The notes beneath the pieces are model-generated. The model saw only the letters and a program-made list of their open reading frames with translations. It did no database searches and was not told the origin of the DNA. From NCBI GenBank assembly GCA_964652795.1, contig CAZZBF010000001.1, positions 49,593 through 95,018 of the forward strand: a stretch of 45,426 nt of DNA, given 5' to 3'. This DNA comes from an uncultured Syntrophales bacterium (lineage in GTDB: Bacteria > Desulfobacterota > Syntrophia > Syntrophales > JADFWA01). The translations under genes and the position numbers were made by a program. This document shows positions 1-8,399 of the stretch, piece after piece. Within the stretch, counting starts at the first letter, position 1, and each line of letters opens with the position of its first letter.

Positions 1-597
1 GATTTTTTGAATGTCCTGCCCGGCTGAAACCGGAATCCCGGGACACTTCTGTGCCAATTGGGCAAATCCAAGAATATTCCCCAGAGGTTCATTGAGCTCG
101 TGGGCTACACCCGCCGCAAGCATCCCGATGGTAGCCAGCCGGTCGGCATGTCTCAGTTGATCGTGGAGGTTTGTTCGATCCTTCTCTGCCTGCTTGCGTT
201 CGATAATAAGTGCCACCTGCCCGGCCACTGCATCAATCAGTTTACGTTCTTCCTTGAGAAATGGACCCTCATCAAGATCGGGTCTCTCCTCTACATAAAC
301 CAGCTCAACAGTACCTCTCTGCACACCATCCACAATTATCTCAGCCGTCTGTCTTTGGCGGCTATTACGGAAGCCGTGGGTCGTGTAAGAAGTTTCATCT
401 ACGGTTATTCTCGCGAAAGCGATTTCTGGATACTGCCATGCGGGTGGGATAAGTTCTACTATTTGTTGAAGAATTTCTTCTAAGGATATGCCAAACTGTC
501 CGGCTATCTGAGAAATCCCGTAAAGACATGTTAGCTCTTTGACTCGTTCACGTAACGCCACTTCGGTGGATTGTGATAATTGGTTGTCTACCATCGG
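1..597 (-). CDS. Sensor histidine kinase, partial (N-terminal sensor region plus start of HisKA; C-terminus lies beyond the window start)
   Basis: Minus-strand translation from the ATG at 597 gives [35 protein letters not shown]...[37 protein letters not shown]. The phospho-acceptor His sits in a typical HisKA H-box (AHELNxPL). No stop codon occurs before coordinate 1. The listed + ORF 58..483 is antisense to this gene. Confidence 0.6.
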
Positions 598-1037
598 CAT
601 CCTAATAATAAGAAAAATTCTCTTATGAACATCAACTCGTGAAAATTCTCAAAGAATGTAATTTGTCACGATACAATATTGCTATAACAATAAACTCCAG
701 CTCTTACCTAACCCAGTATCACACAAAAAATCGGGCAAAATCAGTAACGGTAAAAGGTCACCATTACAGATTCTCAGTCTTAATCATTTAAAGAATCCAA
801 GATTATTAATATAAAATTTCCAGGAATTTTCTTGCACTTTTAATGAAGTTTGTCAATGGTTTTAAAGAATTGAAATAAAATTTAAAGATATCTCGCCGAA
901 AGTGATTTAGCAGTTACACGAATTCAGGAAATCGACAACTGATTTTTGATACAATAAAGTTATATGCAATTTTCGATTTAAAAATGTTGTTACAATATAA
1001 CGTACCTATCCTCAATGTTAGAACTTTTAATCCTTTG

Positions 1038-1066
1038 TTGACACACAAGGGGAACTTTCTTATACT
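1038..1066 (+). promoter_or_regulatory. Sigma70-like promoter candidate (TTGACA-N17-TATACT) upstream of the ankyrin gene
   Basis: TTGACA at 1038-1043, a 17-nt spacer, then TATACT at 1061-1066. It sits in an AT-rich intergenic stretch of about 540 bp, roughly 70 nt upstream of the ATG at 1137. Confidence 0.35.
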
Positions 1067-1136
1067 TTACCGGTAAATAAACAAGTTCGTAACCATATCA
1101 ATGTAAGGTATATTATCGGAAAGGATAACAATAAAT

Positions 1137-1907
1137 ATGTTGGAAGGTACTGCCGCATATGTGGCTGTTATCGTCATTTTTGGTGTCATTTTTTTCATTT
1201 TTCTAAAAGTGCGGAAAATAATGAAAAAGATGGCTCAAGACGAAGAGGACAGGAGAAAAGCTATGCTTGATCTTGTCGAGTGGGGAAATTTTGATGATAT
1301 TGATGAGAACGGTAAAACTTTATTAATGAGAGCCATTGAAGAAGGATTCGATGACGTTACAAGCAGAATACTCGAGAAAAATCCGAAAGTCAATAAAACT
1401 ACGCCAAGCGGGGCCACAGCTCTCCATTATGCAGCCGCATACGGAAACAATCGAATTGTTGAAAAACTCCTTGAATTAAACGCCGATCCCGACCCAAAAG
1501 ATAATCAGGGACGGAGTCCTCTGTGGGCTGCCGCACAACTGGGTCATTCACAAGTAGTTGAACTTCTTATAAAAAACGGAGCGTACATTGATCAAAAGGA
1601 AGACGTAGAGGGTATGACTCCGCTCATGGGAGCTGCCATAAACGGACGGAGCAGAGTTGTAGAAACACTCCTCAATCATGCGGCAGATGCGCATCTTACC
1701 TCTAACAAAGGTTGGACGGCCTGCAAATATGCCCAGGAGAACGTGGGAAGAAACATGGGACCGTATGAAAAACAAAATGCAGAGTTGAAAAAAATGGTTA
1801 TATTGCTTGAAAGAGTGGAACAGGGTTTGCCGCTCAGGTCTGCTTCAGCTAACAAGAAAAAATATATGGACGAAGCAGCTTATGACGGTGATAATGAAGA
1901 CGATTAA
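1137..1907 (+). CDS. Membrane-anchored ankyrin-repeat protein
   Basis: There is an N-terminal hydrophobic helix (AAYVAVIVIFGVIFFIFL). This is followed by at least four ANK repeats (TLLMRAIEEGFDDV..., TALHYAAAYGNNRIVEKLLELNADPDPKDNQGRSPLWAAAQLGHSQVVELLIKNGA..., TPLMGAAINGRSRVVETLL...). AAGGA lies 12 nt upstream of the ATG. Confidence 0.8.
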   Translation: MLEGTAAYVAVIVIFGVIFFIFLKVRKIMKKMAQDEEDRRKAMLDLVEWGNFDDIDENGKTLLMRAIEEGFDDVTSRILEKNPKVNKTTPSGATALHYAAAYGNNRIVEKLLELNADPDPKDNQGRSPLWAAAQLGHSQVVELLIKNGAYIDQKEDVEGMTPLMGAAINGRSRVVETLLNHAADAHLTSNKGWTACKYAQENVGRNMGPYEKQNAELKKMVILLERVEQGLPLRSASANKKKYMDEAAYDGDNEDD

Positions 1908-1929
1908 TCATCGAAATTGATATAAGCAA

Positions 1930-2442
1930 ATGACAAGAAAAGTCCTCGCATTACTCATAACATTTCAATGTACGTTCATTATTGCCGCAGCCTGTGTTGC
2001 AGTTAGTAAAGTCCCCCCTGATTTTTCGCTTCAGTATACATCGGGACCGGTACACGCAGACAGAGACAGCCATAAATTCATCCGGATTTACCCGTCAGAA
2101 AAGAGAACTTCCGAATTCAGGCTGATCAGCGGAGTCTGGCACGAGTCCTTCAGCATGATCGATAGCCGCCGAAAAAGAGATGAACAAATCCTGAATAATA
2201 TTACCTTAACAAGAGAAGAACTTCTGCCATTTTACAAGGTTGTTGTTCAATCCAGATTTTGGAGATTAAGGGACAAATATTTTAACCGTGACATTCTTGA
2301 TGGTGATTATCAGCGTTTGACAATTCAAGTAGGAACAAAATCTAAGACTGTTGTGTTGATTAACTCTTCGCCGGACAGGGTTAAAAAGATTGTTGCGGCA
2401 CTAAATCGATTGTTTAGCGCCACAATAAAAAAGCAGAATTAA
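1930..2442 (+). CDS. Hypothetical secreted protein or lipoprotein
   Basis: N-terminal signal-like segment MTRKVLALLITFQCTFIIAAAC, with Cys as a possible lipobox residue. It starts 22 nt after the ankyrin gene's stop codon and is followed by a strong terminator. Confidence 0.5.
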   Translation: MTRKVLALLITFQCTFIIAAACVAVSKVPPDFSLQYTSGPVHADRDSHKFIRIYPSEKRTSEFRLISGVWHESFSMIDSRRKRDEQILNNITLTREELLPFYKVVVQSRFWRLRDKYFNRDILDGDYQRLTIQVGTKSKTVVLINSSPDRVKKIVAALNRLFSATIKKQN

Positions 2443-2445
2443 AAA

Positions 2446-2476
2446 GCCGGCCCCAAAGGGGGGCCGGCTTTGATTT
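2446..2476. terminator. Rho-independent terminator, bidirectional between convergent genes
   Basis: GCCGGCCCC-aaag-GGGGGCCGGC hairpin followed by TTTGATTT on the + strand and preceded by AAAAA. It lies between the + gene ending at 2442 and the - gene ending at 2513. Confidence 0.8.
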
Positions 2477-2512
2477 AACTCCCGAAAGGAGATGAAATTA
2501 AAAATAAATCTT

Positions 2513-4459
2513 TCAATTAACCCGTCTATTAACGTCAATTAACCATTGGTATAGATCAAAAGCCCGCTGGGTGGCGACATGGTCAATACCATTTCTCCTC
2601 ATTGAATCCTGATAGCGCTGATATACTTCGCTAATCAATTCTGATAACACATCCTTCTTCATTTTTCCCGTTATAACTTCTCCATCTGGAGGAAGAGAAC
2701 CGCCTGATTGTACATATTCCTGTTTGATCTGATTGTACATTTCAGACAGCAGCAAGTATCTTTCAAAAGCTTGTCCAACCGGATGATCATTGCCAAAACC
2801 ACCAGATTGCGAGCCGCCATATTGCTTGTAAAGGTTTTGATAATTATGATATGTTTCTGCGTATAATTGCTTCAAAACAAGCATCTTTTTCTGTGCATTG
2901 CTCAGTTCGAATGTTGCAACTGTTCCACCGGGAGATGCTCTTGTATTTCTACCGCTTTCTTTATTATAAAGAGCTCGCACCTCATTGTGCGAAATTGCCC
3001 GGTTGTAAATACGGACATCGTCTAATTTGCCCTTAAAATGATGTGTGTTCCCGCTTTCTCCGCTACCGATATAAGTTATTTTCCCGTTGGGTAACTGCTC
3101 CGCCATGTTCTCATTTAAGGTAGTAAGTAAATTCCCGTTAACATAAACAGATGTTTTCAACCGGCTACCTTCTTTTTTCCCAACAATTGCATAATGATAC
3201 CATCTGTCCGTCTTGAATTTAAATTCTCCGTATGCACGATCCAGATGTCTACCCATATCCCAGAAGGGAATAAGACCGGGATCTACCATCATCCTGTAAT
3301 CACAGAAATTGCCGACACTCATCACACCATTGTATCCATTATATCCGGAAGAAATATAAATCCATGCACTCATCGTAAATGCATTTGTATTTGAAAAATT
3401 GAATCCTCCGGCAGGCTGCGGTGCTGTTATAACCGTCTTCCCATCCAGTTCAACCGCTGAATTGATAACACCGTTGACAAATCTGGCTACCCCTCTGGGC
3501 GTACCATTATTTCCATTGCCTGAGTGGTCTTGAAAGTCACCGTCAAAAGGATAGTAAGCGACAAGCCCTATATTATTACCTTTAATAGTGAGAGGTTCCG
3601 AAGGTGTAAGAACGGTGCCGGGTTTGTCCGGTGCGCCGCAGACGACCAGATTTGCCCTGCAGGCTACAGGGTCATATTTTTCGTGAGCGCCATTGATTGA
3701 AACATTGATATGTGTGCAGTTTTTGTCTTTCCTGCAAGGAGCGATGTACTGGCCTACAGGAAACTCCGTTTTGGGTCCCTTGTATATCGTCCGCCAGTAG
3801 CCACCCTGGTAGCGAGCGTGTAAAGTTACGTACGTAAGCCTTCCGGAAACTGCCTCCACTCGAAGGATATCATCGTCACGCAGAGAGTCGAGTCTGATGG
3901 CGGCATAGTTACCCCCAAGTTTCTTTGTGCGGCGGTCACCACTACCGTCGGTATAAACCTGGGACAGAGTACGACAGCCGGATTGTCCGACTTTCGATCC
4001 GGAGATTCCCGGTGGTGTCATAAAACTGCTCGGCTTTTCTTGCGCATAACCGCTGCGTGTCCAAATCAGGTCACCCATGTTACCACGGGAATCACACCAG
4101 GTGCCGGTGAATTTATTCGGGTTAACCATTACAGCACTTATAATTGAATAATATTTAAAGCCGCTTCCAAGAGGATGTTTTTGAACAACGTAAATCAGAT
4201 TTTTCTGTTTGGAAAAACCCTGACCCTCAAAAATACTGGGGTTTCCTTCAGTGTCACCGATATATTTCCCGAAGAATTTGTCCCCTTGACGTGTAAAATT
4301 GACTTTATTGGACAGTATTTTTCCGCTAATAACTCCGTCAATTTTGAAATCACACGTTTTTTCCCAGACACCTTCAAGATAATACCTGTCAACATATTGA
4401 GCAAATGATATCGAGCTGGCTAAAAATAGAAAAATTACGGCTATGATATATTTTCTCAT
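2513..4459 (-). CDS. Secreted protein with a LamG / concanavalin-A-like lectin domain
   Basis: Start reassigned to MRKYIIAVIFLFLASSISFAQ (signal peptide), with GGAAAGGAAA 7 nt upstream of the ATG at 4459. The C-terminal half carries a LamG-type signature (LDGKTVITAP...FTMSAWIY...GKLDDVRIYNRAISHNEVRALY). Confidence 0.7.
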   Translation of the reverse strand: MRKYIIAVIFLFLASSISFAQYVDRYYLEGVWEKTCDFKIDGVISGKILSNKVNFTRQGDKFFGKYIGDTEGNPSIFEGQGFSKQKNLIYVVQKHPLGSGFKYYSIISAVMVNPNKFTGTWCDSRGNMGDLIWTRSGYAQEKPSSFMTPPGISGSKVGQSGCRTLSQVYTDGSGDRRTKKLGGNYAAIRLDSLRDDDILRVEAVSGRLTYVTLHARYQGGYWRTIYKGPKTEFPVGQYIAPCRKDKNCTHINVSINGAHEKYDPVACRANLVVCGAPDKPGTVLTPSEPLTIKGNNIGLVAYYPFDGDFQDHSGNGNNGTPRGVARFVNGVINSAVELDGKTVITAPQPAGGFNFSNTNAFTMSAWIYISSGYNGYNGVMSVGNFCDYRMMVDPGLIPFWDMGRHLDRAYGEFKFKTDRWYHYAIVGKKEGSRLKTSVYVNGNLLTTLNENMAEQLPNGKITYIGSGESGNTHHFKGKLDDVRIYNRAISHNEVRALYNKESGRNTRASPGGTVATFELSNAQKKMLVLKQLYAETYHNYQNLYKQYGGSQSGGFGNDHPVGQAFERYLLLSEMYNQIKQEYVQSGGSLPPDGEVITGKMKKDVLSELISEVYQRYQDSMRRNGIDHVATQRAFDLYQWLIDVNRRVN

Positions 4460-4727
4460 GATTTGTTTCCTTTCCTGGCTAATGATTGTTTTAATAACGA
4501 TAAGAATCATTATCAAACATCATAAGACATAAAATACTTTTCAGGTTTGTGTCTCGTGTTTAATTACTATTGGAATAAGTACCTTCCGAGAATTAAGATT
4601 TTACCTCTTTAACCAACCTGATTTACATGAAACAATTAGCAACAAGTATTTACTATATTCTTAATACACACTTTGGTAATTGTTGTCAATTTTTTGAACT
4701 TCCGGACATTACAAACAACTTGCACGT

Positions 4728-4970
4728 CACCTCGTCTTCAAAACTCGATGAAATAATCCGGAATTCGCCGATTACTTTCGATGAATTTTCATGGGAACCG
4801 ATTCACAGACAGGCATCGTAATCTCCAATTCTGACAATTCTGAGATTATCACCAGCATCGTCAGGCAACCACTCCAGCTTATAATGTTTCTGTGCTTCCT
4901 CTTTGGAAATATACTCTTCGGCGACCGGCATATCGGCCGTAACAACATCATTAACCCGCTTTTCGATTTT
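4728..4970 (-). pseudogene. Duplicated 3' fragment of the AlaX-like gene (about 243 bp, degraded)
   Basis: 4728-4970 aligns without gaps to 5695-5937. It is about 99% identical over the rightmost ~125 bp and about 75% identical over the left ~100 bp. The minus-strand translation EKRVNDVVTADMPVAEEYISKEEAQKHYKLEWLPDDAGDNLRIVRIGDYDACL* lacks the N-terminal ~57 aa and the C-terminal CxxxH motif of the intact copy. Confidence 0.55.
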
Positions 4971-5655
4971 CTTAGCGGGGAGTTTCACTTTTTCCTCGAA
5001 GAGTTATTTTACTCGATTGGCGACCTATATAAGGTACTACGCTTATCAGCACTTCAAATCAGTGGAAGGTACTCTAAAGATTGACCATCACGTGAAAAGT
5101 TTTCTCCCCGCGGTCGAAATGACAAAAGGGAACGATCGAAATGACGGAACACGAACTTGTGAAATTTAAAACCGGTATCGTGTCCGCTGTGTTCCTTGAA
5201 CTTCGATACTCATTCATAAATGCCTCCTGAAGAATTCTTTACCCAATTACGGAAAGTGGACACTTTTTAGACTGAGCAGACTCAATATATTTGGTTTGTT
5301 TAATAAGGATTCAGATTAGTTGCTAACCTTTTGACCATGCTCTATGCCCACGCGAGTCTTTGTTGAGCTCCTAATTTTTTGAAAAGTGAAGAAATAAATT
5401 TCATTGATAACTATTTGGAATGATACATGTTTGTCAATATGATTGTCTTCTTGATTAGAGGAAAAAACAAAGAAAGGGGATAATTCCGTTCCATAAATTG
5501 CATACAGGAAATCAATATCATAATTTCTTTACCAATTTTAAAAGTGTATAGATCTGTTTAATACGCTCAACTGTGCTGACAAATCAAAGAATGTAAATAT
5601 CTTGCTGCTATCAACGACTCCGGCAAAACAAATTGGTCTATTACAAATAACGCTG

Positions 5656-6108
5656 CTATTTTGCCGGCTGGGCGATTTTATATCTTATCCTTAGCACCCC
5701 GTCTTCAAAACTTGATGAAATAATCCGGAATTCGCCGATTTCTTTTGATGAATTCACATGAGAACCAATGCACGGGCAGGCATCATAATCTCCGATTCTT
5801 ATAATTCTCAGGTTATCACCAGCATCGTCAGGCAACCGCTCCAGCTTATAATGTTTCTGTGCTTCCTCTTTGGAAATATACTCTTCGGCGACCGGCATAT
5901 CGGCCGTAACAACATCATTAACCCGCTTTTCGATTTCCCTGATTTCCTTTTCAGATAAAGGCCGATCGAAGTGGTAATCGCATTTCGATTTTTTCTTTTC
6001 TATATGGGCGCTGAAACAGCGGCCGCAGTCGAACATCCTGATCATCGTCTGATTGAGAAGATGCTCCGCCGAGTGCATTCTTGATTTTTGGTCAATTTCC
6101 TTCTTCAT
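5656..6108 (-). CDS. AlaX-like alanyl-tRNA editing protein (AlaX-S, tRNA_SAD-type)
   Basis: Start moved to MKKEIDQ at ATG 6108, with GAGGT upstream. Zn-binding motifs HSAEH (HxxxH) and CIGSH (CxxxH) are present. The size of about 150 aa is typical of free-standing AlaX-S. Confidence 0.6.
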   Translation of the reverse strand: MKKEIDQKSRMHSAEHLLNQTMIRMFDCGRCFSAHIEKKKSKCDYHFDRPLSEKEIREIEKRVNDVVTADMPVAEEYISKEEAQKHYKLERLPDDAGDNLRIIRIGDYDACPCIGSHVNSSKEIGEFRIISSSFEDGVLRIRYKIAQPAK

Positions 6109-6246
6109 AACTATATTATTACCTCGTTTATAGGGTGATTGATGTATCATAAATGTAATTTGTACTTGACACAACCGTCTTTTTCATTTTTATCTCTAAA
6201 GCGCAATTTTTTATTTTCCAATGAGGAGTCGGGTGAAAATCAAGCC

Positions 6247-6921
6247 ATGAAACTGACCGGAATCAAATACGTTATCTTCGATGTAAACGGTGTCTTAATC
6301 GATTCAAATCTGACAAACGCGAAAGCAATGGCCGAGGCGTTTACCGACGATTATGATTTACAGCAGAAAATCGCCCAATTTTATCTTACGCTTACCGGAA
6401 TAGACCGTGGAAGCAAGATTCGCCGGATTCAGGAAGAAGTGATCGGTCGCCCCTTCAGGGAAGGCGAGTTTGAGCTTCGCTGGGAAGGGTTTAAAACAAT
6501 TGGAGGGGCAAGTATGCTCAAAGTCCCCCTGATGCCCGGATGCAAAGAGGTCCTCGATGAATTAGGAAAACGCAACATTGTTAGGATCGCTCTTTCGAAC
6601 ACGCCATTAAAAGAACTGAGAAGATGCCTTTCTGCTCAGAAAATTATTAGAAATCTTGAGGTTATCCGAGGGGGCGGAGACTGGCCCAAGGCGGAATCTC
6701 TTACCCGTCTTCTTGAGGAATTTCAGTACAACCCCGACGAATGCCTCTTTATCGGTGACGGGAAGGGAGACCTCACGGCGGCAAAACACACGGGAGTTTC
6801 CTTTGTCGCGATTGATCCTGATACCGGGGAATTTGACGGTGAAACGGGTTTCGACGGACCCTACACCAATTTAGCCCATTTCGGAAGAGTGATCTTCGGC
6901 ATACAATACACGGACGAATAA
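6247..6921 (+). CDS. HAD-superfamily hydrolase
   Basis: Motif I is FDVNGVL and motif IV is GDGKGD near the C-terminus. Start chosen at MKLTGIKYVIFD (ATG 6247) rather than the upstream extension. Confidence 0.7.
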   Translation: MKLTGIKYVIFDVNGVLIDSNLTNAKAMAEAFTDDYDLQQKIAQFYLTLTGIDRGSKIRRIQEEVIGRPFREGEFELRWEGFKTIGGASMLKVPLMPGCKEVLDELGKRNIVRIALSNTPLKELRRCLSAQKIIRNLEVIRGGGDWPKAESLTRLLEEFQYNPDECLFIGDGKGDLTAAKHTGVSFVAIDPDTGEFDGETGFDGPYTNLAHFGRVIFGIQYTDE

Positions 6922-6938
6922 AACTTAACCGCCATCAG

Positions 6939-8372
6939 CTACTTTTTTTCTGTTTTTTCCGGCCGGGTCACATTCCCTGTCATGACATACTCGTGAATGC
7001 TCGCGGCGGCGGTTTTTCCGGCGCCCATCGCGGAGATTACCGTGGCGGCGCCCGTTACGATATCACCGCCGGCGAAGACGCCTTTTTTGGAAGTTTCGAG
7101 CGTGTCCGGATCACACTCCAGCGTGCCCCAGCGGGTAGTCTTCAGATCCGGCGTGGTCATAGGAATAAGCGGATTCGGAAGGTTGCCGAGCGCGGGGATA
7201 ACCGTGTCACATTCAATGATAAACTCGCTGCCCTCGACGGGTACCGGCCTGCGGCGACCGGAATCGTCCGGCTCACCGAGTTCCATCTTTACGCACTCAA
7301 CGGCTTTTACCCTGCCCTCTTCGTCGCCGATGATCCGTACAGGATTTGTGAGGAGTTTAAATTCAATACCTTCTTCCTCGGCGTGGTGGATTTCCTCATC
7401 ACGTGCCGGCATCTCCTCGCGGCTTCGCCTGTAAACTATCACAGATTCAGCCCCGAGCCTGATGGCGGTCCGGGCCGAGTCCATCGCCACGTTGCCGCCT
7501 CCTATGGTAACGGTTCTCCGGCTCCTGATAGGCGCGGTTCCGTACTCGGGAAACCTGAATGCCTTCATCAGGTTCGATCTTGTGAGGTACTCGTTTGCCG
7601 AATAGACACCGACGAGGTTTTCGCCGGGGATACCCATGAACATGGGAAGTCCGGCGCCGGTAGCTATAAATACGGAATCGTAACCATTTTGAAGAAGTTC
7701 CTCCACGGTGCGCGCTTTGCCGACTACATAATCCGTAATTATCTCAACGCCGAGCCTTTTAAGGTAGTCGATCTCATACTTGACGATTTCCTTGGGCAGG
7801 CGGAATTCGGGGATGCCGTATACCAGAACCCCTCCCGTTTCGTGAAGCGCTTCAAAGACTGTGACGCCATGCCCTAATTTAATAAGATCGCCGGCAACGG
7901 TGAGTCCCGCGGGCCCCGCTCCGATTATAGCCACCTTTTTGCCCGTCGGTTCGGCGATTTCAGGCATTTCAGACTTACCGTTTCTCCGTTCATAATCGGC
8001 GGCAAACCGCTCAAGGCGTCCAATAGCCACCGGTTCACCCTTTTTACCGAGGACGCATTTAATCTCGCACTGAGTTTCCTGGGGGCATACACGGCCGGTA
8101 ACCGCGGGCAGGGCATTCTGTTCTTTCAGCTTCCACGCCGCCTCAATAAATTTGCCTTCCTCGATGAGTTTGATGAAACCCGGGATATCTATGTTCACAG
8201 GACACCCCGTTACGCAAAGAGGTTTCTTGCATTTGATACAGCGCTTTGCTTCCATCACGGCAAGCTCTTCAGTGAAACCGTACGGCACTTCCTCAAAATT
8301 GTGCTTTCGTCTTTTCGGGTCCTGTTCAGGCATTTTCTGCCTGGGAATTTTCTGTCTTTCCTTGGGATCCAT
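6939..8372 (-). CDS. NfnB / SudA / GltD-like FAD- and NAD(P)-binding oxidoreductase with two [4Fe-4S] clusters
   Basis: GltD-type N-terminus (EAKRCIKCKKPLCVTGCPVNIDIPGFIKLI...GRVCPQETQCEIKCV) followed by a Rossmann fold (KVAIIGAGPAGLTVAG). The length of 477 aa fits the family. AGGAA lies 6 nt upstream of the ATG. It is the last gene of the nuoE-F-G/nfnA operon. Confidence 0.8.
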   Translation of the reverse strand: MDPKERQKIPRQKMPEQDPKRRKHNFEEVPYGFTEELAVMEAKRCIKCKKPLCVTGCPVNIDIPGFIKLIEEGKFIEAAWKLKEQNALPAVTGRVCPQETQCEIKCVLGKKGEPVAIGRLERFAADYERRNGKSEMPEIAEPTGKKVAIIGAGPAGLTVAGDLIKLGHGVTVFEALHETGGVLVYGIPEFRLPKEIVKYEIDYLKRLGVEIITDYVVGKARTVEELLQNGYDSVFIATGAGLPMFMGIPGENLVGVYSANEYLTRSNLMKAFRFPEYGTAPIRSRRTVTIGGGNVAMDSARTAIRLGAESVIVYRRSREEMPARDEEIHHAEEEGIEFKLLTNPVRIIGDEEGRVKAVECVKMELGEPDDSGRRRPVPVEGSEFIIECDTVIPALGNLPNPLIPMTTPDLKTTRWGTLECDPDTLETSKKGVFAGGDIVTGAATVISAMGAGKTAAASIHEYVMTGNVTRPEKTEKK

Positions 8373-8399
8373 ATCAATTCCTGATCTTTCTTTTAGCGG

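Noticed and set aside
58-483. 141-aa plus-strand ORF at the window start
   Set aside because: It lies antisense to a clearly recognisable histidine-kinase coding frame on the minus strand (1..597) and has no motif of its own.
4791-5169. Plus-strand ORFs 4791..5084 and 4903..5169, and the twin 5758..5958
   Set aside because: They are the antisense shadow of the AlaX-like coding sequence and its duplicated fragment. Identical peptide segments simply reflect the DNA duplication.
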